Sequence record: SRR20825019_1335
Length of the DNA stretch: 64,000 nucleotides
Reading direction: 5' to 3' (one strand)
Of the stretch, positions 1 through 10,001 are shown one piece after another. Each line of letters opens with the position of its first letter. Within the stretch, counting starts at the first letter, position 1. The notes beneath the pieces were generated by a model that saw nothing but the letters and a program-made list of their open reading frames with translations, was not told the origin of the DNA and ran no database searches. The position numbers and the translations under genes were made by a program.

Positions 1-1
1 A

Positions 2-3000
2 GCAGAGGAAGAGGTTGTTCAGCAGAAAGGTGAAGAGGAGGATGTACAAACTTCCCTAGAAGAAGAAAGTGTTCAACAAAAAAGTGAACCAGAGATTCAA
101 ACAAAATTGGATTCAGATCGGGCTGCTGACAAAAGAATTCAACGTAAGGAAGAGGAAATTCAAGAAAAAGAGGAAGAAATTCAGGAAAAAGAAGAGATCT
201 CTGTTCAAAAGAAAAGCGTTGGAAGTGGAGGAGATACATCGAATTTGGAGCAGAATCTTTCGAGTTCCAAAGGTGGTGGAAGTCCAATGGATGCAGGCAC
301 AAAAGGTCAAATGGAATCCGGATTTGGAACCGATTTTAGTGGTGTGAGAATTCACAATGATTCGAATGCCGTTCAGATGAATAAAGATTTGGGCGCTCAA
401 GCATTTACGAATGGCAACGATATCTACTTTAACGAAGGAAAATACAATCCATCTTCCAAAAGTGGTCAGCACTTATTAGCGCATGAGCTAACTCATACAG
501 TTCAACAGGGAGCGTCAAATCAACCAGCTGTTCAAAAGGCAGCCGCTGCACCTGTTCCTGCTGAAGCCCCTCCATTGAGACCTACAGTACCTTTGGATAT
601 AACTCATCGATTGAACGTGACAGGAGAATGGGCTAAATACCTCGATGCCGAGTATGAAAAGAAGAAAGGGCCAATTGATGTTGAAGTAAAAATCGGAGAA
701 CGTTATTCTGGAACGATCGAGTTAAGTCGAAAGAAAGGAACTGATGAAGGTGAATTAGCAAAATACGAGATAACTAGAGGAACGAAAAAGAACTACCTTA
801 AAATCAATGGATGGAGCTTTTTGCAGCCACTAAGAGACGCTGGAATAGAACCAGTGTTGGTGTTGAATAGTTTTGGTGATGAACAAACAACAACTGGATT
901 CCTAAGTGTTGCTATAAAGGAAATAGCCGTAGGGAATGCCAAAGGTTTTATCGATAGTCTCAATGAGAACCTTGATAAAATGGGATTCTTAGGTGTTTCA
1001 CCAATCACTATTGCCGACGGTTTTGTAAATGAGTTTTCCGCTGGAAGATTGGTCTTCCAAGTGGGTGCGATGAAAACAGTTGTGGATGGTTATCTGGAAG
1101 CTGGTGGAGGAATGGGAATTACTGGTGATGTATTCACATTCAATGTAAACGCAAATATTGATGTTGCTGGACTCGCGAGCGGTGAATTTATGATCGCACG
1201 AGGAGAAGATGGATCATTTAGTGGAACGGCAGATATTGAAGCGGACATTGCAAATGTTAATGCTAAACTCCACGTTGAATATATTGATGGTACAGTTACC
1301 ATTCAAGGAACTGGTCGAATTCAGTCGGAAAAATTCTCGGGAGAAATCACCTTGTTAGTAACCGAAGCCGAACGCTCCAAGCAAATGATGCATGCCGCTC
1401 TAGGCGTAGAGTCCATGGATGCGGAGAAGGAACAAGCCGAAGCTCCAGCCGCTCCAAAACCGAAATCTAAAGCCAATCAAGTTTTGGCTGGTTGGGGAGA
1501 AATTACCGCGAATATTACTCCGTGGTTATCAGGAACGGCAAAAGTTGGAATTGATGCTGAAGGACACGTCACAATAGTTGGAGAAATTACGGTTCCACAA
1601 GAAGTGGAGTTAATGGAACAACGTGGTAAGAAAGTCGACATCTTTAAAGTGGAGATTCGCGCAGGTTATGGAATTCCGCTTGTTGGACAAGTATTCTTGT
1701 TTGCGAGTATTGGAATGTTCATGAATGCTGGATTTGGTCCACTCGTTCTCAAAGGTGTTGGATTCAAAGGAACGTATTCTACCGATCCAAGCGTGCTTCA
1801 AGAGTTTGAAATAACGGGTACGCTTAATATAAATGCATTCGCGGTTCTCGGACTTGAGGCGGAAGCTGGAGTCGGAGTAACAATTCTTGGTCACGATATT
1901 AAAGCTGGCGTGAACGTAACAGCGGCTGCAGGATTACGCGCTTATGCTGAAGCAACACCAACGTTGCAATATAAAGAACAAGCTGCTCCAGAAGGCGGAA
2001 AAATAGGTGAAACGCGCTTGAAAGGTCATTTTGAGGCGGCAGCTCAGCTGTTTATGCAATTAAATGGTTCACTTTTCTATGAATTGGATAGTCCATGGTG
2101 GTCGCCAGCGCCAGACGGAAGAGAAGATTTCCCGTTGGGCGAGGTTCAGTATCCGATTGGAGATAGTATGGGAATTGGCGCCGACATGGATTGGTTGGTC
2201 GGTTCACCAGAAATTCCTGAGTTGAAATTCTCTCCTGTTGAATTTGACGCGGATAAATTTACCGCAGACGTGATGGCAGATCCGCCTCCGAAGAAAATGG
2301 GGAAAGCGGATGAAGAAAAAGCAGGAGAATGGGAAGATGGTAACAAACCAGGAGACCAACAATTGAATCCTGAAACCAAAGATGGTGCTGGACTTCCAGA
2401 TACAGGCAAAGCGAAAGAAGATCTCAAAAAACTTCCAGACGAGCAGAAATACATGCGTGCGTTGGATGAAATGGCGAAACTCGAAAAAGCCGATCCTAAA
2501 CCAACATTCGCTGTGGTGAAAGCCAAAGCAGATAAAGTAAAAGCGAGTTACGGTTTAGACCAAATCAAAGCGACGGATAAAGGTGATATTGGTGAGGTTT
2601 TCGTAAAACACGCGAAACAAGATAATAAGAAGCATTTACTGGAAGTACCGATGATGAGTGCTGCCGAGCGATATAAGTTGTTGAAAACAGCGATGGATGA
2701 TCTCAAAGTGAGAAACTCAAAAGCGGGTGGTGAAGAAGGAACAGTAACCGAAGAAGAAGCTAAACAATTGATTGCCGATTGGCAAAAAGCACACCCTGTT
2801 GTGGAGGAAACAAGGGTTGTAGATGGTGGAGCGACATGGGATTATTTTATTGATATTGGCGATAAGAGTGAGACGGAGAAGGGATTAAGTAAAGCGGAAA
2901 TTGGAGAAGAAGCTGTCAATGAAACAATAGAAATCAAGACTCCGACTAAGATGATGAATGAGCCGCATACCATTCATGGGAATGTAGTTAAAGGAAAACT

Positions 3001-3829
3001 GAGTATCGTTTTAAAAACTGATCCAACATTACTCGTCCCTGCATTAGAAAAAGCACTCCAAGTAATTCCAAAGAATGATGCAAATAAAGAATCTCGGAGT
3101 TCTCTTATGCTTGCGCTTAAGATGGCTAAGGAAATTGAGTTTGATTATAACAATGATGTCAACGAAATCCTTAAAGGAGAAAAGAAAGGTAGTAATGAAT
3201 CTCTTTTGGAGTTTCATGTTAGAGTAAAGTCTGCTTTTCTAAGAAAAAGGGAAGCTCAATTGGCGTCGCAATTGGAAATCATGGCTAAGTTCCATAAGAT
3301 AACGGAATTAGACGATTTCTTTTCGGAACCACCTAGTCAACGCTATATCCCTCAGGCAAAAGCAGGAGAATATATTAGGGCAGAACTGTATGACAAATTA
3401 CTCAAATGGAGTACTTTTAGAAAAGGATATGTAGCAAAGCATAAACCACCGCTTTTATCAAGGATTAACGCAGTTCAGAAGAGTAAATCTATAATAGATT
3501 GGAAAAGTCTAAAGAGTGAAGGGGTTATTGAAAAAGATGCGGATATAAACACATATAGTGCTTCTTCAATTACCTATGCAATAGATCACATTATCCCGGT
3601 AGCAAAAATGTGGAATGATGAAGGGCATAAGTCGGGAGATGCAACTAGAGAAAAACATTTTTTAGATGAAAATAATCTTAAACTGATAACCCATAAGGTT
3701 AACTCAGGAAAAGGATCTGATGGTGAATTGTATCATAAATATGTTACTAAGTCGTTTACAAGTTCAATAGCCGACGATGTAAGTATTAATGGAATCAGAT
3801 TTTGGAATGCAAATAATGACCCAATTTAA
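2..3829 (+). CDS. DUF4157 (eCIS core domain) protein with C-terminal HNH/EndoVII-fold nuclease toxin; 5'-truncated by the window edge
   Basis: Frame is open from position 2 (AEEEVVQQKGEEEDVQ...). Acidic QxKEEE repeats, then DUF4157 signature FSGVRIHND...AQAFTNGNDIYF...LLAHELTHTVQQ. C-terminal DHIIP...NLKLITHKVNSGKG motif. Confidence 0.85.
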   Translation, partial: AEEEVVQQKGEEEDVQTSLEEESVQQKSEPEIQTKLDSDRAADKRIQRKEEEIQEKEEEIQEKEEISVQKKSVGSGGDTSNLEQNLSSSKGGGSPMDAGTKGQMESGFGTDFSGVRIHNDSNAVQMNKDLGAQAFTNGNDIYFNEGKYNPSSKSGQHLLAHELTHTVQQGASNQPAVQKAAAAPVPAEAPPLRPTVPLDITHRLNVTGEWAKYLDAEYEKKKGPIDVEVKIGERYSGTIELSRKKGTDEGELAKYEITRGTKKNYLKINGWSFLQPLRDAGIEPVLVLNSFGDEQTTTGFLSVAIKEIAVGNAKGFIDSLNENLDKMGFLGVSPITIADGFVNEFSAGRLVFQVGAMKTVVDGYLEAGGGMGITGDVFTFNVNANIDVAGLASGEFMIARGEDGSFSGTADIEADIANVNAKLHVEYIDGTVTIQGTGRIQSEKFSGEITLLVTEAERSKQMMHAALGVESMDAEKEQAEAPAAPKPKSKANQVLAGWGEITANITPWLSGTAKVGIDAEGHVTIVGEITVPQEVELMEQRGKKVDIFKVEIRAGYGIPLVGQVFLFASIGMFMNAGFGPLVLKGVGFKGTYSTDPSVLQEFEITGTLNINAFAVLGLEAEAGVGVTILGHDIKAGVNVTAAAGLRAYAEATPTLQYKEQAAPEGGKIGETRLKGHFEAAAQLFMQLNGSLFYELDSPWWSPAPDGREDFPLGEVQYPIGDSMGIGADMDWLVGSPEIPELKFSPVEFDADKFTADVMADPPPKKMGKADEEKAGEWEDGNKPGDQQLNPETKDGAGLPDTGKAKEDLKKLPDEQKYMRALDEMAKLEKADPKPTFAVVKAKADKVKASYGLDQIKATDKGDIGEVFVKHAKQDNKKHLLEVPMMSAAERYKLLKTAMDDLKVRNSKAGGEEGTVTEEEAKQLIADWQKAHPVVEETRVVDGGATWDYFIDIGDKSETEKGLSKAEIGEEAVNETIEIKTPTKMMNEPHTIHGNVVKGKLSIVLKTDPTLLVPALEKALQVIPKNDANKESRSSLMLALKMAKEIEFDYNNDVNEILKGEKKGSNESLLEFHVRVKSAFLRKREAQLASQLEIMAKFHKITELDDFFSEPPSQRYIPQAKAGEYIRAELYDKLLKWSTFRKGYVAKHKPPLLSRINAVQKSKSIIDWKSLKSEGVIEKDADINTYSASSITYAIDHIIPVAKMWNDEGHKSGDATREKHFLDENNLKLITHKVNSGKGSDGELYHKYVTKSFTSSIADDVSINGIRFWNANNDPI

Positions 3830-3831
3830 TA

Positions 3832-4752
3832 ATGAAAACAATACTTGATTACGGCAGAGCAATATTCTCTTTTGACATAAGAGAAGTAGACAATAGGGTT
3901 GCGATTGCGGCACAAGGCTTAAATAGTGGAACAGAATTATCTGTTTTCGATTTAAGTAATAACGAACAATTATTTACTCTGACTATTCATCATTTTGATA
4001 TGTTTGCAATGGTCAAATTTGTTACGAGAAATAAAATTATTGCTCTAATAAAGCAGCAGCTAGTTCTTATTAACATTGAGTCTGGTGAGAAGCAAGTTGT
4101 AGGATCTAATGTCCTACAAGTGGAATTCGGTATGGACAAAGCAACATTTATGATTTTAAGAAGTAATCCGCTTCGGTTGGAAATTCTTGATTTAGAATCA
4201 ATGAAATTAAACAGAAACCTTGAACTTAAAAAGTACTTATCAGATGCCGATGATAACTTGTTTCGTTTTACTATTTCTTCAAAGTTATTGGTTGTTGCTG
4301 GCCCTGAAATTATTTTGATTTACGATTTAAATACGTTGAGTGTAATCAGGATCATTGATCATCCAGCAGTCGGGATTAATTCGATTTCTGTGGATATTAA
4401 CTCTGAGTATATTTGTTTTCTCGGGCTCAATTTTAAAGGGTCGTATCTGTACTCGGTTATAGATGGAAAGTCACGAGCTACTCTTGGTTTATTTAGTGAT
4501 CAAGCGAACGGATTTTCTGCGGTGTCTTTTTTACCTACAAGCGAGCATATTGTTTTTGGAAGGCAACAAGGAGAGTGTTCAGGGTACAATTATGATCCAG
4601 ATACATATGAGTTATTTGATAAAAGTGATCATGACAATTGGGTGAGCCAAATTTCTTTTTCTATTGACCTTCAGTCAATGCTAACCTCGGGGCATGATGG
4701 CAAAATAGTTAAATATAATTTAAACGAACTCAATGAAAACCATCCGCTATAA
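3832..4752 (+). CDS. WD40-like beta-propeller protein, candidate immunity protein
   Basis: WD40-like repeats (HDNWVSQISFSIDLQSMLTSGHDGKIVKY; HPAVGINSISVD). Starts 2 nt after the toxin stop. No signal peptide. Confidence 0.7.
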   Translation: MKTILDYGRAIFSFDIREVDNRVAIAAQGLNSGTELSVFDLSNNEQLFTLTIHHFDMFAMVKFVTRNKIIALIKQQLVLINIESGEKQVVGSNVLQVEFGMDKATFMILRSNPLRLEILDLESMKLNRNLELKKYLSDADDNLFRFTISSKLLVVAGPEIILIYDLNTLSVIRIIDHPAVGINSISVDINSEYICFLGLNFKGSYLYSVIDGKSRATLGLFSDQANGFSAVSFLPTSEHIVFGRQQGECSGYNYDPDTYELFDKSDHDNWVSQISFSIDLQSMLTSGHDGKIVKYNLNELNENHPL

Positions 4753-5572
4753 ATCACGAGGAACTGACGTCCAACACCTAGAAGAAATCCTAATCTCCTT
4801 AGGTTACAATCTTCCCTACGGAAATACTTACTTTGGGAAAGACACTGACGCAGCTGTTCGTGATTTTCAGCAAAAAAACGCATTGGTAGTCGATGGAATT
4901 GTGGGACCAAATACTTGGAAAGCATTACTTACGAGTGAAATGGAGTCATTTGTCAAAATAGATAAATCGCTTTCTGAGCAGGATTACGTCGATTTTGCAA
5001 CTCAATTCAACTTGGAACTAGCTGCAGTTAAAGCTGTCACAGAAGTGGAGAGCAGAGGAAGTGGTTTTTTGCCAGATGGAAGACCAATTATCCTCTTTGA
5101 AGGTCATATTTTTTGGTCGAGATTGGCGAAAGTGGGAATAAATCCTTCCGAAGTGGTAAATGAGCGCGTTGAAAATGTGTTGTACAAATCTTGGACGAAA
5201 AAGTACTATCAAGGCGGAGCGAAAGAATATTTACGCTTAGAAAAAGCAGCAGGAATTTCTGAAGATCCTAACTTTCACGATTCAGCGTATCAGTCAGCTT
5301 CTTGGGGGCTCTTTCAAATTATGGGGTTTCACTATGAAAATTTAGGTTTTTCAACTGTCGATCAATACGTTTCGACAATGTATGTGCATGAACGCGAGCA
5401 TTTGAAAGCATTCGGAACGTTTATTTCCAAGACTAAACTGTCGGGGAAGACCTTGCTTCAATGGCTGCAAGAAAAGAATTGGGCGAAATTCGCACATGGA
5501 TACAATGGTTCCGACTATGCGAAGAATAACTACGATGTAAAGTTGGAAAACTCTTACAATAAATACATTTAA
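4733..5572 (+). CDS. N-acetylmuramidase (DUF3380-type) with N-terminal peptidoglycan-binding domain; endolysin-like
   Basis: PG_binding_1 motif AVRDFQQKNALVVDGIVGPNTW; muramidase motifs VESRGSGF, ILFEGH, SASWGLFQIMGF, FAHGYNG. Confidence 0.9.
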   Translation: MKTIRYKSRGTDVQHLEEILISLGYNLPYGNTYFGKDTDAAVRDFQQKNALVVDGIVGPNTWKALLTSEMESFVKIDKSLSEQDYVDFATQFNLELAAVKAVTEVESRGSGFLPDGRPIILFEGHIFWSRLAKVGINPSEVVNERVENVLYKSWTKKYYQGGAKEYLRLEKAAGISEDPNFHDSAYQSASWGLFQIMGFHYENLGFSTVDQYVSTMYVHEREHLKAFGTFISKTKLSGKTLLQWLQEKNWAKFAHGYNGSDYAKNNYDVKLENSYNKYI

Positions 5573-5594
5573 TCAAGAAATAGACGAATTACGC

Positions 5595-6911
5595 ATGCAC
5601 AAACTATTCGAATTTTTAAAAACATATATTCAATTCCGGATCGAAACCGAAATGGGAGCAGAGACTGTTACGGCGAAACCGAATTGGAAACTTCCGAAAA
5701 AGAAGAAGAAAGGTGAACATCTCGTAAATTTTCTAATCGAGCATCCAATGAGTGAAGAAGAATCCTTGGTTCTATTACTCGGACTAATTCCTCATGTTCA
5801 ACCAGGGTTTCTATCAAAAATTATCTCAGATTTTTTTCCAGACGGTGGAGAATTTTCTGAATTTGGTGGAATAAAAGGAAAAAACCATCGTGGAATTATT
5901 CCAACTGGTGAAACGGCATTGTACTTATTGGCTGGGAATGACATCGAGAAACGAATGCTTGCAAAGAGCGTCTTTTCGGAAGGATCAGAACTAACGAAAC
6001 TAAATCTTATTGATTTGGAGGCAGTTCCCGCTGGTGAACCAATAATGAGTGGTGTAATTTCTTTGGATATCGAAACTGTAGAACTGCTAACAACTGGGCA
6101 AAAAGTTCGACCTTCAATGAATACCGAATTTCCTGCTGAACGTATTGAAACTGAATTGGACTGGGAGAATTTGGTACTAAATCCAGCTACTCTCAACGAA
6201 GTAAAGGAAATGGAAACGTGGTTAACCCACAACAATACAATTTTGGACCAATGGGGAATGAAAGGAATCATAAAACCAGGTTACCGCGTTATGCTTTATG
6301 GTCCTCCAGGAACTGGAAAAACGCTTACGGCGGCGCTTTTAGGTAAATACACGAAAAAGGATGTTTACCGAATTGACTTATCAATGGTAGTTTCAAAATA
6401 CATTGGTCAGACGGAGAAAAACTTGGCTAAATTATTCGACAAAGCCGAGAATAAAGATTGGATTTTATTTTTTGACGAGGCAGATGCGATTTTTGGTAAA
6501 AGAACGAGCGTTAAAGATGCGCATGATAAATATGCGAATCAAGAAGTCTCTTATTTATTACAGCGTATTGAGGGACACAGCGGTTTGGTAATGCTGGCGT
6601 CTAACTTCAAGAGCAATATTGACGTGGCCTTCACCCGAAGATTTCATTCCATTATTGAATATAAACTCCCGAATTTTGAAGAACGCAAGAAATTATGGAC
6701 AGCAAACTTTCCCAAGGGTATCAAACATGCACCTGATGTTTCCATTGAAGAAATTGCTCAACGTTACGAAGTAACGGGAGCGAATATTGTCAACATAATT
6801 CATTATGCTTGTCTTCAAATGCTGAAAAATGGGGAAGAGCAAATTGAACTTAAAAATCTGTTGAATGGAATTAAGCGCGAATATCAAAAAGAGGATAGAA
6901 TGTTTTCTTAG
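5595..6911 (+). CDS. AAA+ ATPase (Afp15/Pvc15-like eCIS-associated ATPase)
   Basis: Walker A GPPGTGKT, VVSKYIGQTEKNL, Walker B FFDEADAIFGKR, DAHDKYANQE, LLQRIE; eCIS gene context. Confidence 0.88.
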   Translation: MHKLFEFLKTYIQFRIETEMGAETVTAKPNWKLPKKKKKGEHLVNFLIEHPMSEEESLVLLLGLIPHVQPGFLSKIISDFFPDGGEFSEFGGIKGKNHRGIIPTGETALYLLAGNDIEKRMLAKSVFSEGSELTKLNLIDLEAVPAGEPIMSGVISLDIETVELLTTGQKVRPSMNTEFPAERIETELDWENLVLNPATLNEVKEMETWLTHNNTILDQWGMKGIIKPGYRVMLYGPPGTGKTLTAALLGKYTKKDVYRIDLSMVVSKYIGQTEKNLAKLFDKAENKDWILFFDEADAIFGKRTSVKDAHDKYANQEVSYLLQRIEGHSGLVMLASNFKSNIDVAFTRRFHSIIEYKLPNFEERKKLWTANFPKGIKHAPDVSIEEIAQRYEVTGANIVNIIHYACLQMLKNGEEQIELKNLLNGIKREYQKEDRMFS

Positions 6912-6951
6912 AACTCATTAATTTCGACCTTTAGGCTTATACCATGGAAAG

Positions 6952-7473
6952 TTATTCTATTTTGGGATAATTAAAACCAAAACCTTCACTCGCAGCGAAG
7001 CCAGGGAATATTAGTAGAAAACCTATTCCCGTATTTCTCTTATATATAAATAGAGAGCCGTCCTCTTTAACGGACATTCTTATTTTGGATTGCCCAATTC
7101 CCGTAACTATAATGTATGTTTTTACTTTCGGAAGCGATTTTACAATTATGTTATCTCTTTTAATTTTCACGTCTAATTCCAATTTCTGACTTAATCCATT
7201 CTGAAAATAAGTAGCGTAAACTTTAGTCATTGAGACAGAATCAATGGTCAACCGGTTTCCAATATGAGAACTTCTATCTCTTTCCTGTTCTTCATTAAGC
7301 ATGAATAATGGATTGGCATAAGTAGATGAGTCAGAAACAAGATAGGTTCCAATAAGAGTATTCCTTTTTTCAGGATGGTGTTTCAAAGAACCATCCATCG
7401 AATTTCTATAGTTTCCACAACTATAAGCAAAGAAGATTATCAGAGAAGCCAATAGGCATTGTCTTATTTTCAT
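6952..7473 (-). CDS. hypothetical lipoprotein
   Basis: 173-aa ORF with lipobox-like FAYS-C after a hydrophobic N-terminus and a hydrophobic C-terminal segment. Confidence 0.6.
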   Translation of the reverse strand: MKIRQCLLASLIIFFAYSCGNYRNSMDGSLKHHPEKRNTLIGTYLVSDSSTYANPLFMLNEEQERDRSSHIGNRLTIDSVSMTKVYATYFQNGLSQKLELDVKIKRDNIIVKSLPKVKTYIIVTGIGQSKIRMSVKEDGSLFIYKRNTGIGFLLIFPGFAASEGFGFNYPKIE

Positions 7474-7605
7474 GTTTTTTAGGGTAAACTTCCCCTAAAA
7501 AACTCATAAAATGGAATCGTATATCGTAACCAACAAGTAGCTAGTTGCGAATTACGCAAGAAATTAATTGACGCAGATTGTAAATGACCTAGCTATATCG
7601 TTTGT

Positions 7606-7686
7606 TAGTGGGTTTCGAGAGCCTCAACCCACAGCTAATTTTATTTTTTCAACGCACTAGTGGACTAAGGCTCTCGAAGCCCACTA
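7606..7686. repeat. inverted pair of REP-like palindromic elements
   Basis: TAGTGGGTTTCGAGAGCCTCAACCCAC (7606-7632) and reverse-complement copy TAGTGGGCTTCGAGAGCCTTAGTCCAC (7686-7660). Confidence 0.7.
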
Positions 7687-7704
7687 TTACCTTATTGTTT
7701 AAAA

Positions 7705-9999
7705 TTATCTCCCTTGATTCAATTCCTCAACGCGTTTTTGACGTTGCATCGGATTTTCATCTGTCTCACGTTGTTTGAAAAGCTCAAAGCGTGTTGGCTG
7801 CTGTTCTGCAGGCCATGCATTGTTATTCAAATCTGTATCCGCAGTTTCCAAAAATGGATCTAGTCTCAACGATGTTACTTGTTTGTCTAAGATGAACACT
7901 TTAGAAACCATTACTTCGTCGCGTCGCCAAATTTCTGCAGGAATTCGAACAACTTGCGTTGATCCATCTGTAAATGTAAAGCGCACAATGAGTGGCATCG
8001 GAATTCCACCTTTATTGGTGAATTCAACTTCGTAAAAATGCTTTCCAGAATTAAGTAATTCGAGGTCTTCTTTAGAAATTGATCCTAAAAAGTCGTCATA
8101 TTCCTTGCGATCTAGTGCATCTACCTCATAAATATTTCTCGTTCCGTAAAAATCATCTATGTTTCCATCGCGTTCATTTACCGTTTCTTTAATGGATTCT
8201 TTATTTCGCGTATCTCCGACAAATTGATCTTTTTTGTCATCTTGATTCTTTAGAAATGCCTTTTCTTCGTCAGGATTCATAGAATTCATCTGAAACCATT
8301 TTACATTATCAACGCTAATATCTACGTGATCTGTAGTATAGAACCAAGCGCGCCAAAACCAATCTAAATCAACAGCAGACGCGTCTTCCATAGTTCTAAA
8401 GAAATCCGCTGGAGTGGGGTGTTTGAATTTCCAACGCTCACAATATGTTTTGAATGCGTAATCGAACAATTCACGTCCCATAATTGTCTCACGTAAAATA
8501 TTCAAAGCCGTCGCAGGTTTTCCGTAGGCATTATTTCCAAATTGCCAAATGGACTCAGAATTGGTCATAATAGGGGAGATGAAGTCCTTATTCCCACTCA
8601 TGTAATCAACAATTAAGTATGCTGGACCTCTTCTTGAGGGATATCCACGTTCCCATTCCTGCTCGGTTAAGTACTGTACAAATGTGTTCAATCCTTCATC
8701 CATCCATGTCCATTGACGCTCATCTGAATTGATGATCATCGGAAAGAAGTTATGTCCAACCTCATGGATTATCACGCCCCACATACCATATTTCGTACGC
8801 TCGGAATACGTTCCATCCGGTTCAGGTCTTCCGCCATTAAAGCAAATCATTGGATATTCCATTCCTATCCATTTTGAATGAACAGAAATCGCTACTGGAT
8901 AAGGATAATCAACGGTGTATTTGGAATATGTTTTAATCGTATGCGCTACTAATTTTGTCGAGTAACGCTCCCAAAGTGGATTTCCCTCTTTTGGATAGTA
9001 GGACATAGCCAACACAGTTTTGTCACCTACTTTTACGCCCTGTGCGTCCCACATAAATTTTCGCGATGAAGCAAAGGCAAAATCACGAACGTTTTTCGCT
9101 TTGAAATTCCATGTTTTTGTGTCCGTAGCTTTCTTTTGCTCTATTTTTTCAGCTTCGGCCTGCGTAATGATTAAAACTGGCGTATCTGAATTCGCAGCTT
9201 TTTTCAATCTATCCCGTTGTTCGCTCGTTAAAATACTGCTTCCGTTCTGTAGTTCACCCGTCGCAGCTACAACGTGATCTGAAGGTACAGTGATGGAAAC
9301 ATCGTAATCTCCAAAAGGAAGAGTGAATTCACCGCGACCAAGAAATTGCTTGTTCTGCCATCCTTCAACATCGTTATAAACGCACATTCTTGGGAAAAAC
9401 TGAGCAATGGTGTATAAATAGTTGTCTTCTTCCTCAAAGTATTCATATCCAGATCGTCCACCAACTTTGTCGCGATCATTCACATTGTACCACCACTTAA
9501 TATTGAAAGAAATCGATCCTTTTGATGCTAAAGGTTGATCCAAATCGATTCTCATCATTGTTTTATTGATCGCATAACGCATTTTCTTTCCAGAAGTATT
9601 TGTTACAGCATCAATTTTGAATCCACCGTCAAAATAAAAAAGTTTGTTTTTTACATCACGAATGGATTGAAAATCTTCCATTCGCTCAACTTCGATTAAC
9701 TTCGAATCAGAGTCGTCGGCGCGTACATTTTGGTCCAGTTGAATCCAAAGATATTCGAGCTTGTCAGGAGAGTTGTTCGTATAAACAATCGTTTCTTCCC
9801 CTGTGATCTTCTGTAAATTGTCATCCAAGGTCAGCTTTATCTTATAATCCGCTTTTTGCTGATAATAATTGTGTCCCGGAGCACCAGCAGCGTTTCTATA
9901 TTCATTAGGCGTAGGCAATTCTTGTCCCAATTGTGCAAACTTTTGCTGTCCAAAACACAAGGATGGAGCGAGAATGGCTAAGTAGATGATTTTCTTCAT
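7705..9999 (-). CDS. M1 family zinc aminopeptidase
   Basis: GMEYP motif, HEVGH...WMDEG zinc motif, signal peptide. Confidence 0.92.
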   Translation of the reverse strand: MKKIIYLAILAPSLCFGQQKFAQLGQELPTPNEYRNAAGAPGHNYYQQKADYKIKLTLDDNLQKITGEETIVYTNNSPDKLEYLWIQLDQNVRADDSDSKLIEVERMEDFQSIRDVKNKLFYFDGGFKIDAVTNTSGKKMRYAINKTMMRIDLDQPLASKGSISFNIKWWYNVNDRDKVGGRSGYEYFEEEDNYLYTIAQFFPRMCVYNDVEGWQNKQFLGRGEFTLPFGDYDVSITVPSDHVVAATGELQNGSSILTSEQRDRLKKAANSDTPVLIITQAEAEKIEQKKATDTKTWNFKAKNVRDFAFASSRKFMWDAQGVKVGDKTVLAMSYYPKEGNPLWERYSTKLVAHTIKTYSKYTVDYPYPVAISVHSKWIGMEYPMICFNGGRPEPDGTYSERTKYGMWGVIIHEVGHNFFPMIINSDERQWTWMDEGLNTFVQYLTEQEWERGYPSRRGPAYLIVDYMSGNKDFISPIMTNSESIWQFGNNAYGKPATALNILRETIMGRELFDYAFKTYCERWKFKHPTPADFFRTMEDASAVDLDWFWRAWFYTTDHVDISVDNVKWFQMNSMNPDEEKAFLKNQDDKKDQFVGDTRNKESIKETVNERDGNIDDFYGTRNIYEVDALDRKEYDDFLGSISKEDLELLNSGKHFYEVEFTNKGGIPMPLIVRFTFTDGSTQVVRIPAEIWRRDEVMVSKVFILDKQVTSLRLDPFLETADTDLNNNAWPAEQQPTRFELFKQRETDENPMQRQKRVEELNQGR

Positions 10000-10001
10000 G
10001 G

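Noticed and set aside
107-109. ORF-track start for the DUF4157 protein
   Set aside because: The frame is open back to position 2, so the real start is outside the window.
69-347. Lys/Arg-rich 92-aa ORF
   Set aside because: Off-frame shadow of the GAA-rich acidic repeats of the DUF4157 gene.
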